58,770 nt of DNA from an uncultured Polaribacter sp. (GTDB lineage Bacteria > Bacteroidota > Bacteroidia > Flavobacteriales > Flavobacteriaceae): assembly GCA_964343335.1 (NCBI GenBank), contig CAYFJL010000001.1:1-58770 (forward strand), given 5' to 3'. Below the pieces are notes generated by a model. It was not told the origin of the DNA. It saw only the letters and a list, made by a program, of their open reading frames with translations, and did no database searches. Shown here piece after piece: positions 29,076 through 39,406 of the stretch. Position 1 is the first letter of the stretch, and each line of letters starts with the position of its first letter. A program made the position numbers and the translations under genes.

Positions 29076-30602
29076 TTAAAATCCCAATTCCTTTAAATAA
29101 GCCTCCATTTTACTTTCCACTTGCGTTAGTTCCTGTTTCAGTGAAGTTATTTTTTGCTGCGTTTCGGCAACATCTACTGGTTCCTCTTCCTCAAATGTGT
29201 CCACATAGCGAGGTATGTTCAGGTTGTAATCGTTTTCCTTAATTTCTTTGATAGTAGCACGGTAAGCATACTTTTCTTCAACCATAACACCTTCATCACC
29301 AGTTGTAGGTTCCGCATTTTTAAAAGCTATGTAGGTGTTCAGGATCTTATCAATATCCTGTGGTCTTAATCGGTTTTGGTTCTTTCCTGCATCATAGGCA
29401 TTGCTTGCATCCAAAAACAGCACATCTTTGTTTTTGCCTTTAGCACGGTTGTAAATCAAAATACAAGCAGGAATGCCAGTTCCGAAAAACAAGTTGGATG
29501 GCAATCCAATTACCGCTTCCAATAGGTTTTCGTTAATCAATTGCTCTCTGATTTTTCCTTCACTACTTCCTCTAAATAAAGCACCATGAGGCATAATCAC
29601 ACCAACACGTCCGGTGTCTTCGTATGTGGTTTCGATCATATGGCTAATAAATGCATAATCGCCTTTGCTTTTTGGAGGAACGCCACGGTGAAAACGGTTG
29701 TATTGGTCGGCAGTAGCGTTTTCAGCACCCCACTTATCTAATGAAAACGGAGGATTAGCAACCACTACATTAAACTTCATTAAGCTATCGCCTTCAATTA
29801 ATCGAGGATTATTTAAAGTGTCCCCCCATTCAATAGAAGCATTATCAATCTCGTGCAAGAACATGTTCATACGTGCCAATGCCCAGGTACTGCCGTTAAT
29901 CTCTTGTCCGTATAGGGAGAAGTTATTGCTTCCCACTTCTTTTGAGGCCTTAATCAACAAAGAACCTGATCCACAACTTGGATCACAGATTCGGTCTCCG
30001 GCTTGTGGTTGTGCTAGCTTAGCTAAGAGCGTAGATACTTCACTAGGGGTATAAAATTCTCCGGCTTTCTTTCCTGCCGAATCAGCAAACATGGCGATAA
30101 GGTATTCGTATGAATCACCAATAATGTCGTTACCTTCTAGGTGAGAAGGTTGTAAATCCAAGTTGGCAAAATCAACCAACAGGTTTTTTAATCTTCGATT
30201 TCTATCTCCGGTTCTACCAAGGTTAGATTCAGAGTTGAAGTCAATATTTCTAAATACACGGTCAAGCTTGCTTCGGTTGGCATCTTCCATCCCTTCCAAA
30301 GCTGTATTAATCAACTCACCAAGGTTGGCAGCATTACGATTATCAAATAGGTATTCAAAAGTGCAATTGTCAGGCACTTGAAAACGCTCATTTCTTAACG
30401 CTCTTACAATACGCTGCTCGTCACCATTGTATTTTTCAGTATATAAATCTCTTTTGTCTTTCCATACATCCGAAACATACTTAACAAATAGCATTGTTAG
30501 CACATAATCTTTGTATTGCGAAGGATCTACCACACCTCTAAATGTGTCGCAAGCCTTCCATACGGTTTGATTGATTTCCTTTTGTGTTATTTTATGTTCC
30601 AT
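29076..30602 (-). CDS. hsdM: Type I R-M m6A methyltransferase
   Basis: GEFYTP, DPSCGSG, NPPF and YNLNIPRYV motifs. Confidence 0.97.
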   Translation of the reverse strand: MEHKITQKEINQTVWKACDTFRGVVDPSQYKDYVLTMLFVKYVSDVWKDKRDLYTEKYNGDEQRIVRALRNERFQVPDNCTFEYLFDNRNAANLGELINTALEGMEDANRSKLDRVFRNIDFNSESNLGRTGDRNRRLKNLLVDFANLDLQPSHLEGNDIIGDSYEYLIAMFADSAGKKAGEFYTPSEVSTLLAKLAQPQAGDRICDPSCGSGSLLIKASKEVGSNNFSLYGQEINGSTWALARMNMFLHEIDNASIEWGDTLNNPRLIEGDSLMKFNVVVANPPFSLDKWGAENATADQYNRFHRGVPPKSKGDYAFISHMIETTYEDTGRVGVIMPHGALFRGSSEGKIREQLINENLLEAVIGLPSNLFFGTGIPACILIYNRAKGKNKDVLFLDASNAYDAGKNQNRLRPQDIDKILNTYIAFKNAEPTTGDEGVMVEEKYAYRATIKEIKENDYNLNIPRYVDTFEEEEPVDVAETQQKITSLKQELTQVESKMEAYLKELGF

Positions 30603-30604
30603 GT

Positions 30605-31168
30605 TTATGTATTTAGCAATTGATTAATTACAGATTGAAACCTGATTTCTTTTTCTTCGATTATCTCTTTTGAAAGTACCATATCTCTTTGGTGCAATCT
30701 TTTTAGTTCAACGATTTTTTTCTGTGTTTCCAAATCAGGAAGAGTGATGGTAACCGCTTCCAATTCTGATTTTCGGATAGAAGTGATTTTACTTCCTGCT
30801 CCCATGCTTTGAAAATAAGCTTGGTATTTTGCTGTGTTAAAAAGTGTAGCAAGGAATTCAGGAAAGGCAATAGATTGGTTCGGACGAATTACAAAGAAGA
30901 TAGATGAAGCAATAGCTTCCCCTATTGAAGTTGTGTACGTCCATGCAAAATTTCGGAAACCTTTTCCAACAAATAACACATCACCATCTTGTAATAGATG
31001 AGATGCGTTTTTATCGTCTTTAGTTAGTAGCGTATCAATCTCCTCCACTAAAATACCGGAATCATCAAAGTGCTTAGCTTGTAAATACTTCACACCGCCT
31101 TCCTTGGAAGACTTGGAGTATAAGCCAAATTGAAGCTGTGCAATATCTGATATTTTTACCTTGTTCAC
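30605..31168 (-). CDS. Half-size (single-TRD) HsdS-like subunit
   Basis: GDVLF...I.KSEL....I.LPDLETQKKIV pattern, 187 aa, directly upstream of hsdM. Confidence 0.8.
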   Translation of the reverse strand: MNKVKISDIAQLQFGLYSKSSKEGGVKYLQAKHFDDSGILVEEIDTLLTKDDKNASHLLQDGDVLFVGKGFRNFAWTYTTSIGEAIASSIFFVIRPNQSIAFPEFLATLFNTAKYQAYFQSMGAGSKITSIRKSELEAVTITLPDLETQKKIVELKRLHQRDMVLSKEIIEEKEIRFQSVINQLLNT

Positions 31169-31194
31169 TTTTGTAGTGTTTTACAAATTCTTTA

Positions 31195-31202
31195 CAAATA
31201 TA
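31195..31202 (-). promoter_or_regulatory. Bacteroidota-type -7 promoter box for the hsd operon
   Basis: TATATTTG on the minus strand 27 nt upstream of the first gene, among repeated TACAAA motifs. Confidence 0.55.
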
Positions 31203-31375
31203 CTACAAAAAATTTAAAAAACAAGTAATTAACTTTGTAGAGCTTTACAAAATACTTACAAAAGTTCTTTTGAAGAATGGTAAAAACTCATCTACCCTCT
31301 AATTTCTGTCAATTAGTGAGCTAAAATGAGACAAACTTTAGGCTATCGGATACCTTAATGAAATAGCTGCTTATA

Positions 31376-32347
31376 TTAAGAACCAAAAGGAGAATTCGGT
31401 CCGGTTTCGTGGTGGCGTAGGTACTCGGTAATGAGTTTTACGGTAGCAGCCGAACGGTTTTTGTACAAGGGTTTATCCTGATGATCTCTTTCCTGAAGCA
31501 TCATTCGGATTTTGCGTTGGTCTTCGGTATCAATGAATTTCTTGCAGGCACGGATAAAAGCATCACGGCTACATCCTCGTATTTTGAGCCTTCGCATATC
31601 TACATACACAAAGAAGCTTCTGCGTTTTTTGTATTCATCTTTATTGATGCTGCCATCGGCAAAAGCATTGTTGGCAAGGTTGTATTGTTCATCTACAATG
31701 TAGGTGGCAATTCGTACTAAAAAGTAGTTAGGGATTCGGCTTTCATACCTCGACACATCATCTACCTGATGATGCAAACGGAGCCATGTACAGTTTTGCC
31801 ATTCGGTGGTGGTGATTTTAGCAATGGACTGGTGACTAATCATAATATCCAGTCCGTTGTGGCGGTTGGTGGTGAGCAAACCAACTACGGTTTGACCTTT
31901 TGCACCAACCATGTATTTATCCAAATCTTCTAATACCAATAAGCCGTTTTTGAACTGGTTTACCATGCGTTGTACCACTTCACGTTTTTCTTCAATACTC
32001 ATGTTTTGTCCGTTTTTGGCTATTGGTCGGATCCTACGAGCTTGTACCTTGGTTAAGGCTTTGATATGAAATGGACTTACCGTTGGAAACATCGGGTAAT
32101 CGTCATCATTCACATCAAAAGCCAGTACCTTTCTACCTTTCCGTCCGGTAGAGGCATCGTCTTTCATGTAGTGGCGTATCTCGGTTACATTTCGATAGGT
32201 TTTACCTACTCCGGTTTCACCACAAATAAGTACCAACATGGGTTGGCGTTCCAAGTCTTCTTTGGAATAGGTAATAGGCTTTCTGCCTCTGGTCGATTTC
32301 TTTTGCTCTATGTCTTGATTAGTCGTTTCCTTCTTCATCTTTTGCAA
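31376..32347 (-). CDS. FtsK/HerA-superfamily P-loop ATPase, A32/P9-like (putative genome-packaging ATPase)
   Basis: Walker A GETGVGKT, Walker B LLVLED and the RHNGLDIMISHQ Arg-finger/Gln motif. No TM segment. Confidence 0.7.
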   Translation of the reverse strand: MQKMKKETTNQDIEQKKSTRGRKPITYSKEDLERQPMLVLICGETGVGKTYRNVTEIRHYMKDDASTGRKGRKVLAFDVNDDDYPMFPTVSPFHIKALTKVQARRIRPIAKNGQNMSIEEKREVVQRMVNQFKNGLLVLEDLDKYMVGAKGQTVVGLLTTNRHNGLDIMISHQSIAKITTTEWQNCTWLRLHHQVDDVSRYESRIPNYFLVRIATYIVDEQYNLANNAFADGSINKDEYKKRRSFFVYVDMRRLKIRGCSRDAFIRACKKFIDTEDQRKIRMMLQERDHQDKPLYKNRSAATVKLITEYLRHHETGPNSPFGS

Positions 32348-33155
32348 CCTCTAATACAGTGTTTTCTAACTCTTCTTCCTCAGATTCTTCTTCTTGTTCC
32401 ATAGTAGGTTCATAAGCCGGTTCGGGCATGGCATTGGCTTTTTCTTCCCGAATAATTTCCAGTATGCGATCAAGCAGTATTTCATTTTCTGCTCGTATTT
32501 CCATTACTACCTGAGCTTTCTTCATAAGGATAGAGAGTACCGCACCCAGTAATTGCTGTTCGGGAGTGAGCTTTTTCGCTTTCTTTTTCAGAATAGCAAT
32601 AAGCAAAGGGCGAAGCAGGATTTTATCCTCTTCATCGAGCTTGATACGTTTGACGTTTTTAGCATTCTGCTCATCAATAACCTGAACAATCTCTTCAAAG
32701 TCGTAGAAGTCTTTGTGCTTTTTGATTTTTACAAAAAAGCCACTTCCAACGGCAAGCACATTGTCGGTCATACCCAATAAGGTATCCGCAGCTTGCTTGG
32801 CATGTCCGGTAGGGAGTTCAAAATCTTCTCCGTCTAGTTCATCCAAACCGTCTTCACCTTCCTCATAGGAACCAATTTCCTGTTCAGGAGCATCGTAGAT
32901 GTTTTGGTCAAAGTCATCGTTTATGGATGGTTCTTTTTCTGTTTCATCTTCATTGCTATCATCTTCCTGTTCTTCGTTTTCCTCTATCAGTTCCGTTTCC
33001 TGTTTAGGTGTTACTGTTTTTTTGCCATGACCGATTTCATCTTCAACTACCGGTTGGTTTAGCGGACTGTTATTCTCGTCCGGAATCTCTTCAAAAGCCA
33101 CGTTTTCGGCTCCGGAATTCAATACTTGTTCTACTTCTGAATGTACGTCGCTCAT
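32319..33155 (-). CDS. Acidic hypothetical protein coupled to the ATPase
   Basis: D/E-rich N-half, helical C-half, overlaps the ATPase start. Confidence 0.7.
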   Translation of the reverse strand: MSDVHSEVEQVLNSGAENVAFEEIPDENNSPLNQPVVEDEIGHGKKTVTPKQETELIEENEEQEDDSNEDETEKEPSINDDFDQNIYDAPEQEIGSYEEGEDGLDELDGEDFELPTGHAKQAADTLLGMTDNVLAVGSGFFVKIKKHKDFYDFEEIVQVIDEQNAKNVKRIKLDEEDKILLRPLLIAILKKKAKKLTPEQQLLGAVLSILMKKAQVVMEIRAENEILLDRILEIIREEKANAMPEPAYEPTMEQEEESEEEELENTVLEVAKDEEGND

Positions 33156-33161
33156 GGCTGT

Positions 33162-33632
33162 TTACAGTTTTGATATAAATTGAATGCTTCGCTCTTCCAG
33201 TTGGTCGTACAACTGAATGAAGGGCTTGTAATAGTGTGGAATTGTCAAGCGTTCATCTACTTTTTGCTTGTAGTAAATGATGTTGCGTTTTCCGGTTCCA
33301 AATACCTGGGCAACTTTGGCGTAGCTGTATGAAGTGTACTTGTGGTACAAATGATAACAAGCCATGCGAGCTTCCCGGTACTCGGTAGTGGTGTTGGTAT
33401 AAAAATCTTCTTCCTTCAAATCAAACAAGGCAATTGCTTCATTAGTAAGGAAGGTAAGCAGCAAAGGAGCATTGTTTTTTACCGGTTCAAACTGGGCTTT
33501 CTCCACAAAGCTGCGGAGCAATACCACCGTTTTTTGCAAACCGATTTTACCCACCACCATGTCAATATGGTACTGCAAATCCTCATAATCCGAACGCATG
33601 GTTTTGCCATGGATAGTGCTTGTTTCTTCCAT
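33162..33632 (-). CDS. DnaA domain-IV-like HTH protein
   Basis: EARMACYHL......SYAKVAQVFG....NIIY..QKV matches the DnaA C-terminal HTH pattern. Confidence 0.65.
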   Translation of the reverse strand: MEETSTIHGKTMRSDYEDLQYHIDMVVGKIGLQKTVVLLRSFVEKAQFEPVKNNAPLLLTFLTNEAIALFDLKEEDFYTNTTTEYREARMACYHLYHKYTSYSYAKVAQVFGTGKRNIIYYKQKVDERLTIPHYYKPFIQLYDQLEERSIQFISKL

Positions 33633-33635
33633 TGG

Positions 33636-34262
33636 CTAACGTTTAATAGTGTAGGTATAAGAGAACATGGCTTTGTAAAGGGAATATTTACCCACTTTAA
33701 CTTTTGAAGCTTCCAAAGGCGTTTTGAATCCCATTTTCTGTAAATCAGTTCGGGCAATTTCTCTTTTCCCTTTAGCATACAACTGATCCAAAATGGCTTC
33801 ATCAGAATATGCCTTACCATTTGTTTTGGGAGCCTTGTGCTCAATGGCAAAAACCTCATAAGCTTCTAAATCGGATAAGTCTTCAATTACTCCTTCGGTT
33901 TCTTCATCGGTATTTAGTCCAAATACTTCCTGATTTTTATTGAACAGGGCTTTGGCTTCTTTTTTAGAGACAATCTTCCAAGTGAATCCATCACTAAAAC
34001 TGTATAAGCTGCCCGGTTGCAAATCGTCTTGTTCTTCATTGTTTTCCAACTGGTCTTCAAACTCTTCGTAAAGGTCTTCTTCCAATTCTATGGAAAGGTG
34101 GTCTAGCTTTTTAGCCAAACGATCATGGTCATCGTCCACGGCATGTTCTAAATCTTCTTGCAGCTCTTCAAATCCTTTGATTCGTTTTTGCAATTGCTTA
34201 GGGAGCTGTTCTGTTTTTAGTTTGTTTTCGGCAAGGAAAATCTGATGCGGATATTTTTTCAT
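33636..34262 (-). CDS. Hypothetical protein
   Basis: 208-aa ORF with tight operon spacing. Confidence 0.7.
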   Translation of the reverse strand: MKKYPHQIFLAENKLKTEQLPKQLQKRIKGFEELQEDLEHAVDDDHDRLAKKLDHLSIELEEDLYEEFEDQLENNEEQDDLQPGSLYSFSDGFTWKIVSKKEAKALFNKNQEVFGLNTDEETEGVIEDLSDLEAYEVFAIEHKAPKTNGKAYSDEAILDQLYAKGKREIARTDLQKMGFKTPLEASKVKVGKYSLYKAMFSYTYTIKR

Positions 34263-34273
34263 GTGTAAATGTT

Positions 34274-34885
34274 TTATGCGGTTTGTTCTGCTTTTTCTTT
34301 TAACTCACTGAATTTCTCATGCAATTCCTCTTCAATAGGCTTGATTTTGTTCATGCCCCAAATGCGTTTGAGATCGCCTAAGAATTTCTGCACGGCTTTT
34401 TCGGTTTGCTCAACCTTATTGGGATCCTCTTTGATTGCCTTGGGCATCATGTTGGCAATCTTTTTCATATTGTCTTTTAGCTTGGTCGTGAGCTTTCGTT
34501 TCACCGGCTTTTTGATTTCACCCGAAGCAATTTTTTGCTTTCGTTCTTCACGTAGCTTTCTTCGGCATTCAGCGAGGTAGTCCATGGTCTTTTCCGACTT
34601 CTCTACAATCTTTTTGGATTGAGCTTTTTTGAGCTGCTTTTTTTGTCGCTGCTCTGCCTTGTCAGTTAGCTCGTCTTTGATGGTAGCAATATCTTCTTTG
34701 AGCAAATCAATAGCGGTTTCGCCAATTTGCTCTGCCATGTCCTTCATGGTTTTATCGTCAGGAAATTCTTTTAAACCTTCCAGTGTTTCATCGTAAATGC
34801 TCAAAGCCTCCAGGGAGCGTTCGCTCAATACCTTTTTGGCTACACCTTCTTTTTCGAGCAATTTGTATGGATCATTTTTTATCAT
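34274..34885 (-). CDS. Hypothetical K/E-rich helical protein
   Basis: 203-aa ORF in operon. Confidence 0.7.
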   Translation of the reverse strand: MIKNDPYKLLEKEGVAKKVLSERSLEALSIYDETLEGLKEFPDDKTMKDMAEQIGETAIDLLKEDIATIKDELTDKAEQRQKKQLKKAQSKKIVEKSEKTMDYLAECRRKLREERKQKIASGEIKKPVKRKLTTKLKDNMKKIANMMPKAIKEDPNKVEQTEKAVQKFLGDLKRIWGMNKIKPIEEELHEKFSELKEKAEQTA

Positions 34886-34911
34886 CGCTTGTATTATTAA
34901 TTGTTAATGAA

Positions 34912-37900
34912 TTATGCAGCCTTTTTCAGGGCTTTGATGCGTTGCAGGCGTTCTTGCATTTGCTTGAAAGCACCACGTAGTTTTCTGATTTTATCTAGCT
35001 TATCGGCTGAACTTTCCAATACTTCACCTTTCTTGGCTCGTTTGGTATCGGTCACTTTTGCTGATTCACCACCATACACCATGAGTTCAGTAAGTACCTT
35101 ATCATTGAGTGAAGCAAACTCTTCCACACGCTCGGCAACCGACTTGGGTTTGTATCCCTTTTGTTCACGGTCTTTGATGATTTCCTCTGCCTTTTGACTT
35201 ACTGCTTCGGTTCCGGTGCGTTCTTCCAAAATGCGTTGCTTTTCTTCAATTTCTGTATTGATTCTGCCGTTTACCTGCTCAAAATCAAAGTTGATGTCGT
35301 AGCCTTTAGGCTCCAGTACTTGTTCCAATCCACGTTTTAAAGTGGCATTGGCTTTTCGTACCGTATCGTAGATGTTTTGATCTCGATAAGTGGTTTGGGT
35401 GGTTTCATCCTCCAAATAATCCTTGTAGATTTTAAGCACCGTTTCAATACTTCGGGCTTGCACTTTTATTGGATTTCCGTCTTTATCAGTAGTCTTTTGA
35501 GGCTTGTAGCGTTCCACCGCCTGATTGACATGCTCAATATTGCTATTGAAATTATCACGAGCCGACTTTATATCGGTGAGTACATTTTGCTGATTTTTCA
35601 GGCTATTAATTTCATCCTGAATTTGCTCACGCTCTTCCATAAGTAGCAATTCAGCCAAAGCCTTTGGATCGGTTACCAATCCCATTTTCAATTCAGAAGG
35701 ATTGAACTCTTCTAAATTCAGGGCATTGGTTTTTCCGGCTCTGTACCAAATTTCATTGATACGGCTTGTTTTCTCTTCCAACTTCTGAAAGATGAAAGTA
35801 TCCACACTGTCTTCCATGAGTGGATTAACAATTCGCACATTGGCATAGCGGTTTCCAAATCGCCAAATACGACCTTCGAGTTGTTTAACATCCGTTGGGT
35901 TCCAGTCGAGCCAACAATTGTAAAGTGTAGTGGCTTTGTTTTGAAGGTTGATACCTTCTTTGATGGTCGCACTTCCAATCAGCACCTTGATGGTTCCTGC
36001 CAAAAACTTCTCTTTGATGCCTTCCTTTTTTGCAGCACTCAATCCACTTTTGATAATGCCAACTTCGCTATCCTTGAAGCCAATTTTCTTAATCAGGTAT
36101 TCACGTATAAGCGGAAAGAAACTCACTCCGGCATTCATGTATATTACCTGTCCGCTTACATCTTCACCACGCATTTCATGGAATCGCTTCACGCTTTTGA
36201 TGCACTCCATCACATATTTCAGTTTGGGAGACGAATCCACGTATTGCTCGTAGCTTGGATTTTTATCCGGATTACAGGCATAGAGGTATGGACTTAAAGC
36301 AAGCTGCCTTGCAAAAGAAAGTCCTCGTAATATTCTAGCTCCTTCTTCTTCATCAGCCGACATACTATTTTCATCAATAGCATCACCTTTGGAAATGTCT
36401 TTACTTTCTTCTTCTATCCCCATTGGGTTTACACAGAAATTGGTAAGACTTGTTCTACCAGTAACATACAGCTCTACATCCTGCATAAAACCTCTTTGAG
36501 TTGGTGTAAGAGGTAAGTTGGTACTGATTTGCTCTTCGGGTGGAAGGGTAATCACCTGATCGCCTTCACGCTTGTTGACCATAGGTAATACAATCTTGTT
36601 TGGACGTTGGATATTGGCATCTTCACCGGTTTTGTAAGTAATGAATTTGAATATGAGCGATTGCAAAGCAATAAGATTGGCAAAGCCCATCACAATCTCT
36701 TTTCGTTCCGGTTTGAGCTTGGCATTGATGACCAACTCCAAACTTGTTTTGATGTAGGTATCGAAAAACTCTTTGATGTTCTTTACTCCCGATTTTTCCA
36801 ATTGCTGATAACCAATTAAGGCAAGCATGGAATAAATCTCTAGTGGAGAATTGGTAAATGGCGTAGCGGTTAAAAGCAGTACGTTTCTCATTTTATTGTT
36901 TCTAAGAATGTACTGGCTAATCATAAAGCCACGCAAAGCCGTCATGGATGGTTGTCCGGATTTGATTTCATAAGGAGCACGTTCACGTTTGCCACTCCCT
37001 TGCTGTTCACCTTTTACCTGAGTAAAGGACTTTTTCATGGCATGAGCTTCATCAACCACCATGTAGTCAAAACCAAGCTCTTCGATGTTTGCTGTTCCTC
37101 CTTTCACGCCACGTCCCATCATCTCTTCAATCTTTTCAAAGAGCTTTACTTTTTCACGTTCTTCCTCGGTTCCTTGGTTGAGAATATCAAAAAGCTCATT
37201 CCCAATGGTGTCCCAAGTATCATCATTAAAGGCTAATCGGTTGAAACCTTCATAAGTGAGTACCGAAATGGAATATTCAGGAACAGGTTGCACCGTTTCG
37301 TTTTCATCCATTAAGGGCTCTAAATAATCTCGTCCAAGATTATACAGATCCATCACCTGATATTGAGGCAAAACTCCGGTAAGGGTGACTTGCCCTTTTT
37401 CTACCACACCTCGCAGTTCCGATAGCCAGTTTTTATAGGTTTGGTTCGGAACCACAATAAATGGACGTTTACATTGTCCGCTTTCCAAGGCTTGTGCAAG
37501 CGATAAAATAGCGGTCATGGTTTTTCCTACACCTACATCATAAGCAATACAACCGGAACCATGCACACTGATAAATCCAATACCTTCTCGTTGAGCCGGA
37601 CGGATAAATAATGGTTTGTTTTTGAAAGTAGCGGAACAGGTAAAGGCTACCGGAATTTTGAAATAATTGATTTCTACATAGCCGTTGTAACGCTCATTCC
37701 AAAGCTGCTCAATCTTTAACTGGTCTTCACGAGTAAGTCCCTTTGCCAAAAACTCCACAAAGAACGTATCACCTTCCTGTTTGGCATTTTGACGAATACG
37801 GAGCTTTTCTTCTTTGTCGTAATGTCTTGGCGGTGTTCTGCCATCTATGTAGTAGGAAATAATATCCCAGGCACTTGATTTCTTAAAGTCATCTTTAGGC

Positions 37901-39177
37901 TGATTGCGAAGCCATTGTTTAAACGCATCGGTTAAATCCGTTGTGCCTTCTTGCCATTTTCCGGTCGTAGAATTGTACTCTGTGAAAGCAGTTCCATCGG
38001 TCAAAGCTCCCACACGAATCTCTTTACCAAAAGAAGAAGTAGGCTTGATAAACAAGCGGTTTTCTTTTCTCGGATCGGTCAAGGTAAGTTTTGGTGGTTT
38101 TACCGCTTCTAATCCTTTCCATTGGCGGTTGTATTGTTCTTCGCCAAAGGTTTGAATGATGGTTTCTTTTTCACGCAGCAATACCGATTGACGTTTGTAG
38201 ATGTTTTCGGCATAGTAGAGTACGCTTGGCATGTAGTCGCCATTGTAGTAGCAAACCACTCCGGCTTTGAGCCACTTATCCAGTTCTTTGCCAACTTCAT
38301 TCAAGGGAACCACATATTTTGACCAACCGTTTTTCTTAGCCAAAATCACCGTTTCGTCATTGTAACCATTGGTTTTGCGTTTATACCAAACCCATGCTTT
38401 GATTTCATCTTCGGTAAGTCCTTTGTTGTATTGCTGCATGATCTCGTCAAAGGAAAAATTGTCCTTTGCGACCACCATGGGAGCATCCGGATTGATGGCT
38501 TTTTGTAGTTCCTTTTCTGCTCGTTCCTTTTTGGTTTTTTGAACGACTTGCTCAATATTTTCTTTGTACACTTTGTCCTTTACTAAATGCTCCACATCGT
38601 CTTTGATGTTGGATTTAAGAGCTTCCACATGTTTTACCGGAACATCTACCGAAGGCACGTCAATACCTGCAATTACATCGTCCATTGAGCCTTTAACCTT
38701 TGTAGTTGGCTTTCCAAAACGGTCGGTTGTTTCGTATTGCTCTCCCAGTATTTTAGTAGGGTTTTGCTCAAACCAAGCATCACCCATTAGTAAGTTGGGT
38801 TGCTCTGTTTGACTAACAGATTCAGTTTCTTTCACCGTTTCCAGTTCTTGCATTTCGGCTTTGAGCCATGGGTAATCCTGCAACACTTCTTCGGGAATTT
38901 CCTTACCGGCTTTTATGGCTTCGGTAATGAGGTATTCATGCTGTTTACCGTCTGCATGATTTAATACCATTGGGCTACCGTTTTTTTCAATCGCCTTGAT
39001 TTGTTGGTATTCTGTTTTTCGCATTTCCCATGCGTACTCAGCAGAAGTAATGTCGTTCGGACCAATAAAGCCTCGTTCTTCTAGTAGTGGATCCATGCTT
39101 TTTTGTTTTTTAAGTTCATCTAATCGTTTGTTTGCCTCTCGTGCGATTTGGGCAAAGCCTTTATATCCTTGTGCCAT
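34912..39177 (-). CDS. SF2 (SNF2/DarB-like) helicase
   Basis: DVGVGKT, DEAH, TATP, EGINLQ and QLEGRIWRFGN motifs, C-terminal coiled coil. Confidence 0.9.
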   Translation of the reverse strand: MAQGYKGFAQIAREANKRLDELKKQKSMDPLLEERGFIGPNDITSAEYAWEMRKTEYQQIKAIEKNGSPMVLNHADGKQHEYLITEAIKAGKEIPEEVLQDYPWLKAEMQELETVKETESVSQTEQPNLLMGDAWFEQNPTKILGEQYETTDRFGKPTTKVKGSMDDVIAGIDVPSVDVPVKHVEALKSNIKDDVEHLVKDKVYKENIEQVVQKTKKERAEKELQKAINPDAPMVVAKDNFSFDEIMQQYNKGLTEDEIKAWVWYKRKTNGYNDETVILAKKNGWSKYVVPLNEVGKELDKWLKAGVVCYYNGDYMPSVLYYAENIYKRQSVLLREKETIIQTFGEEQYNRQWKGLEAVKPPKLTLTDPRKENRLFIKPTSSFGKEIRVGALTDGTAFTEYNSTTGKWQEGTTDLTDAFKQWLRNQPKDDFKKSSAWDIISYYIDGRTPPRHYDKEEKLRIRQNAKQEGDTFFVEFLAKGLTREDQLKIEQLWNERYNGYVEINYFKIPVAFTCSATFKNKPLFIRPAQREGIGFISVHGSGCIAYDVGVGKTMTAILSLAQALESGQCKRPFIVVPNQTYKNWLSELRGVVEKGQVTLTGVLPQYQVMDLYNLGRDYLEPLMDENETVQPVPEYSISVLTYEGFNRLAFNDDTWDTIGNELFDILNQGTEEEREKVKLFEKIEEMMGRGVKGGTANIEELGFDYMVVDEAHAMKKSFTQVKGEQQGSGKRERAPYEIKSGQPSMTALRGFMISQYILRNNKMRNVLLLTATPFTNSPLEIYSMLALIGYQQLEKSGVKNIKEFFDTYIKTSLELVINAKLKPERKEIVMGFANLIALQSLIFKFITYKTGEDANIQRPNKIVLPMVNKREGDQVITLPPEEQISTNLPLTPTQRGFMQDVELYVTGRTSLTNFCVNPMGIEEESKDISKGDAIDENSMSADEEEGARILRGLSFARQLALSPYLYACNPDKNPSYEQYVDSSPKLKYVMECIKSVKRFHEMRGEDVSGQVIYMNAGVSFFPLIREYLIKKIGFKDSEVGIIKSGLSAAKKEGIKEKFLAGTIKVLIGSATIKEGINLQNKATTLYNCWLDWNPTDVKQLEGRIWRFGNRYANVRIVNPLMEDSVDTFIFQKLEEKTSRINEIWYRAGKTNALNLEEFNPSELKMGLVTDPKALAELLLMEEREQIQDEINSLKNQQNVLTDIKSARDNFNSNIEHVNQAVERYKPQKTTDKDGNPIKVQARSIETVLKIYKDYLEDETTQTTYRDQNIYDTVRKANATLKRGLEQVLEPKGYDINFDFEQVNGRINTEIEEKQRILEERTGTEAVSQKAEEIIKDREQKGYKPKSVAERVEEFASLNDKVLTELMVYGGESAKVTDTKRAKKGEVLESSADKLDKIRKLRGAFKQMQERLQRIKALKKAA

Positions 39178-39180
39178 GCC

Positions 39181-39402
39181 TTATGCGTTTTGATGAGCTA
39201 ATTCCTGTTCAATAAGTGCAATGGCAGAGCCAATGGGCATACCTTCTTTGGCTACATAGCGGATAATCATTTCCTCAATTCGGGCATAGCCCTTTGGAGT
39301 GCTTTGCATTTCACACACGTATTGCCATTTGTTGGAATCGCATTCCTGTAATTCCAATTGGATTAATTTTTTCAGTTCTTGTATAGATGAATTTTTTGCC
39401 AT
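39181..39402 (-). CDS. 73-aa hypothetical protein
   Basis: Fills the gap between the MTase and helicase genes with 3-4 nt spacing. Confidence 0.65.
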   Translation of the reverse strand: MAKNSSIQELKKLIQLELQECDSNKWQYVCEMQSTPKGYARIEEMIIRYVAKEGMPIGSAIALIEQELAHQNA

Positions 39403-39406
39403 GTCT

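Noticed and set aside
31376-32347. ATPase as conjugative VirB4/coupling protein or inovirus Zot
   Set aside because: It is too short for VirB4/TraG, has no TM segment, and no relaxase or tra genes were recognised. Endolysins argue against an inovirus. Not formally excluded without a phylogeny.
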